From NCBI GenBank assembly GCA_951406725.2, contig OX597841.1, positions 23,002,001-23,066,000 on the forward strand: a DNA stretch of 64,000 nucleotides, in the 5' to 3' direction. Both the position numbers and the translations under genes were made by a program. Source of the stretch: Octopus vulgaris. Lineage: Eukaryota. The notes beneath the pieces are model-generated. The model did no database searches, was not told the DNA's origin, and was given only the letters and a program-made list of their open reading frames with translations. Below are positions 48,851-62,453 of the stretch, piece after piece; within the stretch, counting starts at the first letter, position 1, and every line of letters starts with the position of its first letter.

Positions 48851-51842
48851 TCTACTCTTTTACTTGTTTCAGTCATTTGACTGCGGCCATGCTGGAGTAC
48901 CACCTTTAGTCAAGCAAATCGACCCCGGGACTTATTCTTTGTAAGCCTGGTACTTATTCTATTGGTCTCTTTTGCCGAACCGCTAAGTGACGGGGACATA
49001 AACACACCAGAATCGGTTGTCAAGCAATGCTAGGGGGACAAACACAGACACACACACGCATATATATATATATATATATACATACATACGACGGGCTTCT
49101 TTCAGTTTCCGTCTACCAAATCCACTCACAAAGCTTTGGTCAGCCCGAGGCTATAGAAGAAGACACTTGCCCAAGGTGCCACGCAGTGGGACTGAACCCG
49201 GAACCATGTGGTTGGTAAACAAGCTACTTACCACACTGGTTAATTATTGTTACCACTATTGGTGGTGGGTACCATATATCGGTATTAGTACAATCTTAAT
49301 ATAAATACAGGTAAATAAATTAGGTACATAAATAGGATAGGGGTAGTTAATTCATTACATGTAGTGACTAATTAATTAACTAAGCAATAAAACTAAGTAC
49401 AGCATGGTCATGTTTAATTTTGTGTTGCAACAAAATAGGTTAAACATTTCAATATAAATTTTACATTGGTAAAATGCTTCCAGTATTGAATTAATATACA
49501 AAAAAAAACAAACAATTTCAACACTCCAGAAAATACCATATAACAAACATTGCAGACATTTAACTTTAATTTCCATTTTATAAAAGATTTATAAAATTAA
49601 ATATTAATTTATATTAACAAGTTATTTGGTCATAAATTATGCAAATTTAATTTACATAATTTATATTAACCACAAGTTATTTGGTCATAAATTATGCAAA
49701 TTTAATTTACATAATTTATATTAACCACAAGTTATTTGGTCATAAATTATGCAAATTTAATTCACATAACGAGGAGTTATTTTGCCATAAATTCAAGTGA
49801 TAAGATTTTTACATGAATTTCATATAAAAAAATTTTTTTTAAAGAATATTTTCAACAAATCATATACTAATTTCCACAAATTTTTCTAGTCATAATTAAC
49901 GAGACTATGTCTCTAATTAACTTTAATTACAAACAAACCTATTTTCAAGAGATACTTATAGATTACAAGATGTATCTTGATCGGCATTGTTTGATGCCCA
50001 TTTTTCCGTGCTGGCATGGGTCAAATGGTTTGACAGGAACTAGTAAGGTCATAGGACACACTAGGTTCCATTGTCTAATTTTGGATTGATTTCTACAGCT
50101 GGATGCCCTTCCTAATGCCAACCACTTTGCAAAGTGTACTACAGACTTTTTCCATGGAACCAACACCAATGCTTTTTATGTAGAGCCAGCACATGTTATG
50201 TGGCACCAGTGCCACTGCGTTTTACATGGCACCAGTGCCACTGCGTTTTACATGGCACCAGTGCTTAATCATTTTTATCTTTTCTCTCCAGTTCAAATTC
50301 AGCTGCAGATTATGTGAAGTGGTTGATGTACTGGGCGCTTTTTATGTGGTACCATCACTGGTGCTTTTTACATGGCACCTACACTGGTGGTCCTTATGTG
50401 ACCCCTGCACCAATGCTTTTAATCTGGCACCATCACAACGTGGCACCCACACCAGTGCTTTTTATGCGGCACTGCACCGGTGATTTTTACATAGCATCAT
50501 TACCTTTAGTTTTTACGAGGCACCATCACCAGTGCTTTTTATGTGACCCCAGCACCAGTGTTTAATATTGTCTTCTTTTCTCTCCAGCTTGTATTCAGCT
50601 ACAAATTACAAATGTCAAGTGGTTGGTGCTAGGAAGGGCTTCCAACTGTATAACCCACATCACACACAGGAGCACAACGCAGTCCTCAAACACGTCGGAT
50701 CCTGCAAAACCATTCAACTCATGCCAGATTTAACCCTTTCATTACCAACCCGGCTGAAACCACCTCTGGCTCTGAGTACAAGTATCTTGTTTTCATAAGT
50801 TCTGAATTAAAATCTTCCACCAAACCTTAATCACAATTTATGTTCCTAACACTAGCTGAATGATAACTAAGTTATTTTACTAAATTCTTTGTTATATTTA
50901 AAATTAATTGAAAGAAGCACAAAGCATCTCAACAGAAATATGGTAACAAAAGGGCAAAGAAGAGAAATAATCAGCAGAAAACATGAGAGAAGGAGACCTC
51001 AATGTGGTCACTCTATATGCTAGAAATAATAGCCTAAATTTCCTTCAATCCACACCCTTTCAACTGCTTCTAATGTCCATCTACCCAAATGTAGAGGTAT
51101 TTTTAACCATTTCAATACCAACCCAGTTGAAACCACCTCTTGTTATATTTAAAGTAATTGAAAGAAACACAGAGCATCTCAAAATAAATACAGTAACAAA
51201 AAGCTTAAATATTGAATGGTTATGTGGGTCCACCACAATAAAATAGCAATCAAAGGGGTTCATAGATAAGAAATAGAACCCCTGCTTTAGATGTATGTAT
51301 TGGTTATGTATTGCAAGAAACAGCAAGGTTTCTTTCACTAACGTAATATGTAGTTCAACCTACAGAAGTTAATGTCATCATTATCGTTTAATGTCCGCTT
51401 TCCATGCTAGCATGGGTTGGACGATTTTGACTGAGGACTGGCGAACCAGATGGCTGCACTAGGCTCCAATCTTGATCTGGCAGAGTTTCTACAGCTGGAT
51501 GCCCTTCCTAACGCCGACCACTCCGAGAGTGTAGTGGGTGTTAAAAACAAAATAGGAATTTTGAAAGGGGTTTCTATAAGACTAGTTTTTAAACATCAAA
51601 TGGTTATCGAGATCCACCATAATATAAAAAGCAATCAAAAGGGTTCATAGATAGGAAATGGTTAAGAACCCCTGCTTTAGATGTATGTATTGCAAGAAAC
51701 AGCTGGGTTTCTTTCACTAACGTTATATGTAGTTCAACCTACAGAAGTTAATGTTTGAAAGACAAAATAGGAATTTTGAAAGGGGTTTCTATAAAACTAG
51801 TTTTTAAGACACATTGACACGAAATGAAGATCATCATCAACA

Positions 51843-53138
51843 TCATGATTTACTGTGGAGTGATTTTCCTCGAGTGTGTATTTTCCTGTGTCTAGCAAAA
51901 TGACCACTACTTCGGAAGGATTTCCCACAGATGTCACAGCTGTAAGGTTTCTCGCCCGTATGAATCCGTTCATGCCTGGTTAAATCGCCTTTCGTTACAA
52001 AACACTTCCCACACACTTCACAACGATACGGTCTCTCCCCCGTGTGTACCCTTACGTGACTGGCCAGATTAGTATTATTACTGAACGATTTACCACAAAT
52101 TTCACAGTGATAGGGCTTTTCCCCCGTATGGGTCCTTTTATGATTAACAAGCCTGGATTTAAATAAGAACGATTTTCCACATAGATCACAATGCACAGGT
52201 TTTTCCGCATTGTGGATCTTTTTGTGTCTTGTTAAATCACCTTTATCCACAAAAGATTTTCCGCATATTTCACAGTGGAAATTTCGTTCTCCGATGTGTC
52301 TTGCTTTATGGCGTAAAAGACTAGAATTTAAAGCGAACCATTTACCACAGATTTCACAATGATGTGTCTTTTCCTTTGTCGAATCACCTTTGTTATGGTG
52401 CGTTGTTTCATGATGTACAAGTCTGGATTTGAGAGAGAAAGATTTACCACAGATTTCGCAGTGGTACGGCGTTTCCCCAGTGTGAGTCCGAATGTGACCA
52501 ACCAGGCTTGATTTCTGACTGAAGCTTTTTTCACATACTTCGCACTGAAATGGCTTTTCCCCCGTGTGAATTCTCCTGTGACTTTTTAAATAACTACTAA
52601 GAGCGAACGACCTTCCACATATCTCACAGTGGAAAGGTTTACTTCCAGAGTGAATACGTTTATGAATAACAAGATGGTAATTGTAAGAGAAAGATTTGCC
52701 GCAAATTTCACACGGAAACGGTTTTTCCCCCGTGTGTACTCGCTTATGTTGTGTTAAATTACTGTTTTTTATAAATGATTTGCCGCAGATTTCACAGCGG
52801 TAAGGTTTCTTTCCCGTGTGGATACGTTTATGAAGAGCAAGATGAGACGTCCGAGAGAACGATATTCCGCATAATTCACAAAGATACGGTTTTTCCCCAG
52901 TGTGCACTTTCTCGTGTTCTTTTAAATAACGGGCTTTGCCGAACGATTTCCCGCAGATTTCACAGCAAACACTTTTGTCCAATGATTTTTCTTCACCATG
53001 CATTTCAAAACCGAAAATTCTCTCATTACTATCACAAGTCTCTGTTACTGTATGCAAATTAATAAAAACAGTGGAGTTGGGAATGGCCAAGGGTTTAACG
53101 TCCTCCATATTCATTCCAAGGGTACTGTTCAAATTCAT
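51843..53138 (-). CDS. C2H2 zinc-finger protein ZNF-B2 (13 fingers)
   Basis: 431-aa ORF; shares the MEDVKPLxIPxSTV N-terminus with B1/B3. Confidence 0.93.
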   Translation of the reverse strand: MNLNSTLGMNMEDVKPLAIPNSTVFINLHTVTETCDSNERIFGFEMHGEEKSLDKSVCCEICGKSFGKARYLKEHEKVHTGEKPYLCELCGISFSRTSHLALHKRIHTGKKPYRCEICGKSFIKNSNLTQHKRVHTGEKPFPCEICGKSFSYNYHLVIHKRIHSGSKPFHCEICGRSFALSSYLKSHRRIHTGEKPFQCEVCEKSFSQKSSLVGHIRTHTGETPYHCEICGKSFSLKSRLVHHETTHHNKGDSTKEKTHHCEICGKWFALNSSLLRHKARHIGERNFHCEICGKSFVDKGDLTRHKKIHNAEKPVHCDLCGKSFLFKSRLVNHKRTHTGEKPYHCEICGKSFSNNTNLASHVRVHTGERPYRCEVCGKCFVTKGDLTRHERIHTGEKPYSCDICGKSFRSSGHFARHRKIHTRGKSLHSKS

Positions 53139-53720
53139 TACAGTTCCATTATTATCTCAGATATTGTCAGTCCTTTTCAACAAGTGGGTAAAATAAGTAA
53201 TTTGTATACTGTTTTTACTTACCCCTAGTATACTCACTGCCGACATGTGTCCATGTAGCATATATATATATATTGTTTTATTTATATTTCCTGAGCGCCA
53301 TACTAATACAATTGTTTGTTTGTATTCCACCTGCCTTCGTCTTTTGTTTATTTCCGTAAACCTGCCTTCGTCTTTTGTCTATTTTCATAAAGCTTCCCGT
53401 TATATATATATATATATATATACCTTCGAAACACACACTGAGTCGAACCAGGGGCAGCTGATGAAGGGGAATATTCCTTGTATTGTTTGTCCTGTACTCT
53501 GTTTTTCCGTTGTTAAAAAAAGTCCGTTTCCTTGTTTGATTTTATGTTTCGTTTCTCGTTGTGTTCTACGTTTATTTGTGGTGTCCTGTACTCATATATG
53601 CATGTATATATACATATAGATGTAGGTGTGTACATATATGTATGCATATGTTTTATTTATTAAATTGTTATTATATGATTGAACGCCACGCGTTGTTTTC
53701 TTCTTCTCCAAGTAAGTTTG

Positions 53721-53753
<33 letters not shown>

Positions 53754-54398
53754 AGACAAAATACCTTTTTTTAATATCTACGTTATCATAATCTTGTTAT
53801 GTTTTCGTATATGCTTTAGTAAAAAATATAGTGAGCCCGCGTGGTACTATGAAATCACAATTGTTCACCATTACAGTGACATTTGAAATGACAAAGGCTT
53901 CAGATTTGCTCGTCATCTACAAAGGGAAGAATTATCAAAGGTATCCACTCATTATTTGGCCATTGAAGTCCATATTCTCGTAAACAATTCAAGATGCAGC
54001 GAAAGTTGGTAACAAAATTGAATATCTCAGCATCACTAGACGAAGCCTCCTAGTTTGAAACACCTGAGCTGGTTCGATGTTATCGGAAAATACTAATGTT
54101 TACCTTGCAACGAGATAATTACATTTGCTCAAGTAATTATAAATAGACTAAGTGCGCGGTGTAGTGGACAATTTTATCCTCGCATAAATCATACCGGTGA
54201 CATAAGCTAAAAGTCCCTAACGTAATATAATACATACAGAAACTTTTTTAATATTTTATAGATAAGCTTTCAGCGTACATTAACTATAGAAAATAATGGG
54301 CGATCCTTCGGTATAGGTACCGTAAGTACCTGAAGTGGCTTTGTTTACATTTCTGAAAATAACGGAAACCCTTTTCTCCCACCCCATAACCCCCCATT

Positions 54399-54449
<51 letters not shown>

Positions 54450-54544
54450 AAAACTTTCTTGAAATGTATCCGGTACTTGCCAATAATGAAATATTAGAGC
54501 ATGTAAAGCTCTATAACAATGGCTTATAATTTTATTCACAAAAT

Positions 54545-55051
54545 TTCACTCACCGCCATTTCTTAACAAACGTAGAATTCACATGTTTAGGTTTTAAAAG
54601 ATCAGTTTTGACTTTGACCCATAAAGCGCTGGGATTTACACTTACATAGCATGGACTAAAGAGTACATTTTACGAAAATAAGACTACCATGCACACATAA
54701 GAAACAAAAAATAGTTAAAATATCTTCTTAGTATGTAATGATGGCAAGTTTTACATAATCTATTAGTCCTCTTGCATTCTGGTGGGTATCTGAGCGTTTG
54801 AGCGACATTAGACTGCAACAAACGCGCATAAATAAATCTGCTTTGACCGACAGATTTTTGAAATAATTTCTTATTTTAAAAATCTGCCGGTCAAAGCGGA
54901 AAGATCCAAATTGAAATTTTGGAAATACTGACTGACCTACCCACTCATCTGTCTATCTACCTAGCTATCTAACTGCCTATCCATCTATATAACTAACTGT
55001 CTGTCTATCTATCTGTATGTTTGTTTGTCTATCTATCTATCTATCTAACTG

Positions 55052-55085
<34 letters not shown>

Positions 55086-55265
55086 CGTCCATCCATCTAT
55101 CTATCTATCTATCTATCTAACCGTATGTTTATCTGTCTACCAGCTCTCTCTCTTTCTGTCTCTCTCACACATACGCCCTATTGACGTCCCATATTTGAAT
55201 AGTTTAGGAAGAGAGTCCTCCCTCATGAAACGAAAACGAAAGGCCGCCATTGTTTTAAATATTTA
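54545..55265. promoter_or_regulatory. Putative bidirectional promoter between divergent ZNF-B2 and ZNF-B3
   Basis: YY1-like CCGCCATT motifs near 54553 and 55244, between head-to-head genes. Confidence 0.35.
54945..55170. repeat. (TCTA)n microsatellite
   Basis: Seen directly. Confidence 0.9.
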
Positions 55266-56479
55266 GTAATAGAATATTTTACAATCTCAAAGTGATTGCA
55301 CTGGAAGCTCTGAGGGTACCGTTCACTCCCCGTCTCGAAGTAACGACAAAACTAAAGATTCAAACAGCAAAATCAAAAGAGGACCTTAAATAAAATATCA
55401 AACTAACAGTTGGTCATTGGTAAGGGCGTTAACTCCATGTTGGCATCATTTTGTATTGAAAACTGAAATATTTCAGATTTGTTAACGACAGCAGAGAGGC
55501 TCTCATATACTTATTTTCTTGGATAATGTTTTCAGAATTAACGGTTGGTTGGAGGCGACTGCAAGAGGAAACTGATATTATTAAATATCAAATGTATTAA
55601 AGTTTGTTAGAGACTTTTCACTTAAGTTTACTTGGATGATATTTTTCGAGGGTAAAAATTATCCATTACACCGCATCCGATGTCAAAGGTAAACTGATTC
55701 TTTGCTGATTCCTTCCAACCAACTTTAAATGTTCCATACTCGGATCTTCCATCACCTCAAGGACTAAATATTTCCTTTATTACCCACCTTCGCTGCGTCG
55801 TGAATTGTTAACGAGAATATGGACTTCAATGGCTAAATACTGGTTGAATAACTTTGATATTATTTCTTCCCTTTGTAGTTTGACTTGGCAAATCTAAAAC
55901 CAAGATCGTCTCTTATTTCAGAACGTAGACTTTTTTAAAAAAAGGGGACGTTTATCTAGAATAATATATGTGCTACATGGACATATAAAAAGTGGTGAGC
56001 AAATGTGAATTCATCGTAATACATACAGACATACACATACATGCGTATTTTCCAGACAGACTCAACATACTTTTAGATTATAAAACAAATATTAAGCCTT
56101 AACCATATTTCATAACGTAGACTTTAAAAAAAAAAGGGACCTTTATCAACAATAATATATGTGCTGCATGGACATAGTGAACAAGGGGTACACTGTGGGC
56201 AAGTAGAACACGTTGCGTATTTTACCCAGTTGTGAAAAGAGACTCAAAATATCCCAGAGAAGGACATATAGAATGGATATGGACTTCAATGGCTAAATAC
56301 TGGTTGAATAACTTTGATATTATTTCTTCCCTTTGTAGTTGACTTGCAAATCTAAAACCAAGATCGTTTTTATTGCAACAACATTGGTGAGCAAATGTGA
56401 ATTCATCGTAATACATACAGACACAGTTTTACCCAGTTGTGAAAAGAGACTCGAAATATCGCAGAGAAGGACATATAGA

Positions 56480-57706
56480 ATGGATATAGAGGACGTTAAA
56501 CCCTTGGTTATTCCCAATTCGACTGTTTTGACCAATTTGGATTCAGTAGCAGAGACTTCTAATAGTGATGAGAAAACTTTAGGCGTGCAAGTATTTACTA
56601 CTGAAGAAAAATCATTGGACAAAACTGTTCGATGTGAAATCTGCGGGAAATCATTCGGCAAAGTCCGTTATTTAAAAGAACATAAGAAAATACACTCTGG
56701 AAAGAAACCTTGCCGTGATGAAACATCTGCTAAATCACTCTCTCGAACATCTCTTGCTCTTCGTAAACCTACTCACACGGGAAATAAATCTTACCACTGT
56801 GAAATCTGCGGGAAATCATTTGTGAAAAACAGTAATTTAACACAACACAAGCGAGTACACACGGGGGAAAAACCGTTTACCTGTGAAATATGTGGGGAAG
56901 CTTTCTCTCATAATTATCGTCTGGCTATCCATAGGCATAGTCACACGGGGAGTAAACCTTTTCAGTGTGAAATATGTGGTAAATCTTTTGCTCTTAATAG
57001 TTATTTGAAAAGTCACAGGAGAATTCAGTGTGAGATATGTGAGAAATATTTTGGTCAGAAATCGAGTCTGGTCACTCATATACGTATTCACACTGGGGAA
57101 AGACCCTACCACTGTGACGTCTGTGGCAAATCGTTCTCTTTCAATTCCAGTCTTTTACGCCATAAAGCAATGCACTCCGGAGAAAGGCCGTTTCATTGTG
57201 AAATGTGCGGAAAATCTTTTGTGGATAACGGTGATTTAACGAGACACAAGAAAATCCACAATGAGGAGAAACCCGAGCAGTGCGAAATCTGTGGAAAATC
57301 TTTCCCAATTAAATCCAGGCTTGTTAACCATAAACGGACACATACTGGGGAAAAGCCATATCACTGTGAAATTTGTGGGAAATTTTTCGTCCAGATTTCA
57401 CATCTTGTCAATCACGTAAGACTCCACACAGGCGAAAGACCGTATAATTGTGAAATATGCGAGAAGTCTTTTGTGACTAAAGGGGCTTTGATAAGGCACA
57501 GAAGGGTCCACACGGGGGAGAAGCCCTACAACTGTGATATTTGTGGGAAATCATTCACTAATAATTCTAATCTTGTTGATCACCTCAGAATCCATACTGG
57601 GGAAAAGCCCTATCATTGTGATATATGTATGAAGTCCTTCAGGAGTAGTGGTCATTTTGCCAAACACAAAAAAATACACGCTGGAAAAAAAATCGCTTCA
57701 CAGTGA
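56480..57706 (+). CDS. C2H2 zinc-finger protein ZNF-B3 (13 finger modules, 2 degenerate)
   Basis: First ATG at 56480 ([12 protein letters not shown]) matches the paralog starts; finger 2 has lost its Cys/His ligands; in-frame deletion of the HTGEKPF linker after finger 5. Confidence 0.92.
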   Translation: MDIEDVKPLVIPNSTVLTNLDSVAETSNSDEKTLGVQVFTTEEKSLDKTVRCEICGKSFGKVRYLKEHKKIHSGKKPCRDETSAKSLSRTSLALRKPTHTGNKSYHCEICGKSFVKNSNLTQHKRVHTGEKPFTCEICGEAFSHNYRLAIHRHSHTGSKPFQCEICGKSFALNSYLKSHRRIQCEICEKYFGQKSSLVTHIRIHTGERPYHCDVCGKSFSFNSSLLRHKAMHSGERPFHCEMCGKSFVDNGDLTRHKKIHNEEKPEQCEICGKSFPIKSRLVNHKRTHTGEKPYHCEICGKFFVQISHLVNHVRLHTGERPYNCEICEKSFVTKGALIRHRRVHTGEKPYNCDICGKSFTNNSNLVDHLRIHTGEKPYHCDICMKSFRSSGHFAKHKKIHAGKKIASQ

Positions 57707-60479
57707 ATCATGATGATGATGTTCATTTAGTGTGCTCTTTACTCTTTTACTTGTTTCAGTCATTTTGACTGCGGCCATGCTGGAGCACTGCCTTTAGTCG
57801 AGCAAATCGACCCCGGGACATATTTTTTTGTAAGCCCAGTACTTATTCTATCGGTCTCTTTTGCCGAACTGCTAAGTGAAGGGGACATAAACACACCAGC
57901 ATCGGTTGTCAAGCGATGTTGGAAGGGACAAACACAGGCACACATACATATATATGACGGGCTTCTTTCAGTTTCCGTCTACCAAATCCACTCTTCAATC
58001 TGGCATAGGTTGGCTGGTTTGAAAAGATCCAACATGTTTGGAGGACTGCATTGTGCTCCTGTGTCTGATATGGGTTATACAGTTGGATGCCCTTCCTAAC
58101 ACCAACCACTTGACATTTGTAATCTGTAGCTGAATACAAGCTGGAGAGAAAAGAAGAAAGTATTAAACACTGGTGCTGGGGCCACATAAAAGGCACTGGA
58201 GATGGTGCCATGTGGAAAGCGCTGGTGATGGTGCCACGTAAAAACTACAGGTAATGGTGCTATGTAATAGTCACCGGTGCAGTGCCGCATAAAAAGCACT
58301 GGTGTGGGTTCCAGATTAAAAGCACTGGTGAAGGTGTCGCATAAGGACCACCAGTGCAGTTGCCACGTAAAAGGCACTGGTGTGGGTGGCATGTTGTGAT
58401 GGTGCCACATAAAAAGTGCCCTGTACACTCTGCAAAGTGGTTGGCATTAAGAAGGTCATCCAGCTGTAGAAACCAAGCGAAAACAGACTATGGAACCTGT
58501 TGTGACCCTCTGGCCTTGCCAGCACCTGTCAAGCCGTCCAACCCATGCCAGCATGGAAGAATGGACGTCAAACAATGATGATCTTGTTGGAGATATATCC
58601 TGTCTTGTAATCTATAATTATATCTTTTGAAAACAGGTCTGTTTGTAATTAATGTTAATTACAGAGACAAATGTCTCATTAATTTTGACTGGGAAAATTT
58701 GTGGAAATTATTATATATCATTGAGATGATTTGTTGAAAATATTCATAAAAAATAAAATTAAAAAATGTAAAACTTTTGTAAAATCTTATTTGAATTTAT
58801 GATGAAATAACTCTTTTTTATGTAAATTACATTTACATAATTTATGACCAAATAACATGTGGTTAATGTAAATTAACATTTATAAATCCCTTATAAAATG
58901 TCTAATATATGTTATGTGGTATTTTCTGGACTGTTGGAATTGTTTTTTAACCCTTTAACATTCAGTTTATTTTGTCAAATGTAATGATTATTTATTCACA
59001 TTGTTTTGAATTAATCATACATTATCTTGTTGCTTCAAAATCCTGATGATTGCTTATTTTTAGAATGGCATTGTAGGGGAAGTGTGTGAGGCCAGATCTA
59101 GACAGTTTGAACATAAAATATGTAGAATATTTGGGTTGGATATTGCTGGTTTAAATACTAAAGAGTTAAAATTAATTCAACACTGAAAATATCTGAAGAC
59201 TATTGAAAAGGTTGCAAGACGCAATGAAAATTTTAGGAAAATAAAAATAATAAATAAGTGGAAATTTAACCGGTGAGTGTGTTAAATAATAAGGCACTAA
59301 AAGAAAATGACTCTCCCCAGACACAACAGAATATGCTTCAACACACGAACTCATATAAAGAATCTTGCAAACCAAATCCAAAAACGAAATAAGTGTAAAA
59401 TTTATAGTGAAATGTTTAACAAAATTCTTTTAGCTGTATGATCTATAAGTTTTGTGTTTCCAGTCCAATCCTGTTGCATGGTTTCTTACACAAGTGCCCT
59501 CGTTAACAGGAATTTCGTAGATGAATACCTTTTCCTTCTTTGGTCACTAAACTCTGCTTGCGAAGACCGGTTGAGGCAAGTGAAATCAAAATCAATTCAG
59601 TGACTGGCATCTGTGCTAGCGGGGTGCAAAGAGCACCATATGAGTGTGATCATTGACAGAGCGGCTATTCGAGTATGATCGTTACCAGCGTTGCCTCACT
59701 GGAACTTATGCCTGTGCTAGTAGGGTACCAAGAGCACCATCCGAGCGTGATCGTTGCCAGAGCAGCCAACTGGCTTCCGTACAAGGGCACCATTCGAGTG
59801 TGACCATTACCAACGTTGGTTCACTGGCACGTGTAAAAAGATTCGAGCAAGGTCATTGCCAGTACTGCCTTACTGGCCCCTGTGCCGGTGGCACGTAAAA
59901 AGCACCCACTACACTCGGAGTGGTTGGCATTAGGAAGGGCATCCAGCTGTAGAAACTCTGCCAGATCAAGATTGAAGCCTGGTGCAACCATCTGGTTCGC
60001 CAGCCCTCAGTCAAAATCGTCCAACCCATGCTAGCATGGAAAGTGGACATTAAACGATGATGATGATGAGGTGGTATCGAAAAGTTCCCAGAATAGTTAT
60101 ACTCTTTTACTTGTTTCAGTCATTTGACTGCGGCCATGCTGGAGCACCACCTTCAGTCGAGCAAATCGACCCCGGGACTTATTCTTTGTAAGCCCAGTAC
60201 TTATTCTATCGGTCTCTTTTTGCCAAACCGCTAAGTGACGGGGACGTAAACACACCAGCATCGGTTGTCAAGCGATGGTGGGGGGACAAACATATACACA
60301 CACATACATATACATACATATATACGACGGGCTTCTTTCAGTTTCCGTCTACCAAATCCACTCACATGGCATTGGTCGGCCCGAGGCTATAGCAGAAGAC
60401 ACTTGCCCAAGATGCCATGCAGTGGGACTGAACACGGAACCGTGTGGTTGGTTAGCAAGCTACTTACCACACAGCCACC

Positions 60480-60830
60480 TAAGAAAAAATAAAATTTTTA
60501 CCTAAGTTTTAACATCATCTTTGAAATAGTTCCCATGCACAACAATTCGTCAGTCCCATCTTTTCTACCACTTTTGGAATCTGGCCTGGAAGTTGTTTTC
60601 TGTAATCAAGTTGAAGAACATCTGTGATTCACTCTTGATCTTCACAACGGTATTAAAATGGTGACCTCTGAGCTGCATTTTCTTCTTGGGGAAGAGATGG
60701 AAGTCTGCAGGTGCTAAATCTGGTGAATTGGCCAGGTGCAGAAGTGGTATTATGTTGCTTTTGGCAAAGAACTCAGGCGTGAGGAGAGCTTGGTGACAGA
60801 CTGTATTGTCGTCATGAAGAATCTGGAATT
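60480..60830 (-). mobile_element. Tc1/mariner transposase C-terminal fragment
   Basis: Minus strand reads NSPDLAPADFHLFP, matching the mariner YSPDLAPxD motif. Confidence 0.8.
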
Positions 60831-60999
60831 TAGGATTGACTGCACAGACCCATCAGGAGTGATACTGGAATGGACATGGCCAGTCTGTAGGAAGCGGCCC
60901 AGGATAGAACTGACTGGAGGACACTGATTCAACGAGTGACTGTGAGTCGGCTTCAACTGAGCAGATAGAGAGAGATGACAGACCAACAACATCAGCAAT

Positions 61000-61672
61000 T
61001 TGAAAATTACTATTTTTAAATCTCACCACAAGAGATATTCAGCAACAGTTCTTTGGATTAAAGATTGTTTGCCAATATAACATGGCAGTCCTGGTTTAGG
61101 ACGAATGTTGCTGTAATTTAGCCCCAGGAGACAGCGTCTCCAGCTGGCTATATGACATGATCTGTGTCCTTATACTTTCGAACGAGAATCTAGAACATCC
61201 CTCCCATTCAGCTCAAAACAATATCTGTGTATTGCAATTTCCAGGTTATTTCCCTTCATCAACCCAGAATAATTGTTTGGCTAGAGGTGGCGCTGCCAAA
61301 TTCCAGTTCAAAATATATAGTTTTGAAAGTGACAACTAGTCACTGATCTATAAATTAGAAAATTGCTATTAGTAATAGTAATTTTTTTGAGCTGGGTGGG
61401 GTTGCTAGGTTCCCTTGTTTGAAAATATAAGGACACAGATCGTATCGTATAGCCAACTGGAGACAATGTCTCCTGGGGCTAAATTACAGCAACATTCGTC
61501 CTAAACCAGGACTGCCATGTTCTGTTGGCAAACAAGCTTTACAACAAAGTACTGTTGCTGAATATCTCACGTGATTTTAAAATAGTAATCTTCTAATTTA
61601 TAGATCAGTGACTAGTTTTCACTTTGAAAACTACATATTTCGAACGGGAATTTGGCAGTGCCACCACTAGGC
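61000..61672. repeat. Nested or rearranged inverted-repeat element
   Basis: About 61030-61185 is inverted against 61415-61570, and 61280-61360 against 61590-61670. Confidence 0.6.
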
Positions 61673-62422
61673 GGTGCTCCAGCATGGCCACAATCAAATG
61701 ACTGAAACAAGTAAAAGAGTAGAGTAAAGAGAGAGAGTATGGTGACCGATAATAAAGTCACGATTTTGGCTAGGGAAAATAGTCACATTTGATTTATGGT
61801 GGCCGTTAATAAGGTCACAAGAAAAAAATGTCACAATTAATTTATGGGATCTAGACACCAACCTCCCGGACAAACCCCTGTGTCTTTTTTACCTGGATTC
61901 ATTCGGATACCCAGCAACCCTGGGCAAATATAAAAAGAACCTTTTTCAGTTGATCATACTTCGATATGAAAAAAAATCCACAACCTTCCATCTCAACAAA
62001 CCACTATTGTCTCTGAAAGTTGTTAAATCGATCAACATCAATGGAAATTGTAGCTGTGATACCAGTGCCGGTGGCACGTAAGAGAGCCATCGAAACGTAG
62101 CCATTGCCAGTGCCGCCTTGACTGGCCTCCGTGCTGGTGGCACATAAAAAGCACCATCCGATCGTGTCCGTTTGCCAGCCTAATCTGGCACCTGTGCAGG
62201 TGGCACGTAAAAAGCACCCACTACACTCACGGAGTGGTTGGCGTTAGGAAGGGCATCCAGCTGTAGAAATATTGCCAGATCAGATTGGAGCCTGGTGCAG
62301 CCTTCTGGCTCCCCAGACCCCAGTTGAACCGTCCAACCCATGCTAGCATGGAAAGCGGACGCTAAATGATGATGATGGTTGCTTGAAGCTAACTTTCTTC
62401 CTGCACCTCAATCCTTGGATCT

Positions 62423-62453
<31 letters not shown>

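Noticed and set aside
50170-50560. Regularly spaced 'tttta(c/t)(a/g)tggcacc' repeats resembling a CRISPR array
   Set aside because: Degenerate internal repeat of SINE family C in a eukaryotic genome; no constant repeat/unique spacer structure and no cas genes
53420-53480. CGAAAC...CTGATGA as a type II hammerhead
   Set aside because: Stems I and III cannot be paired convincingly
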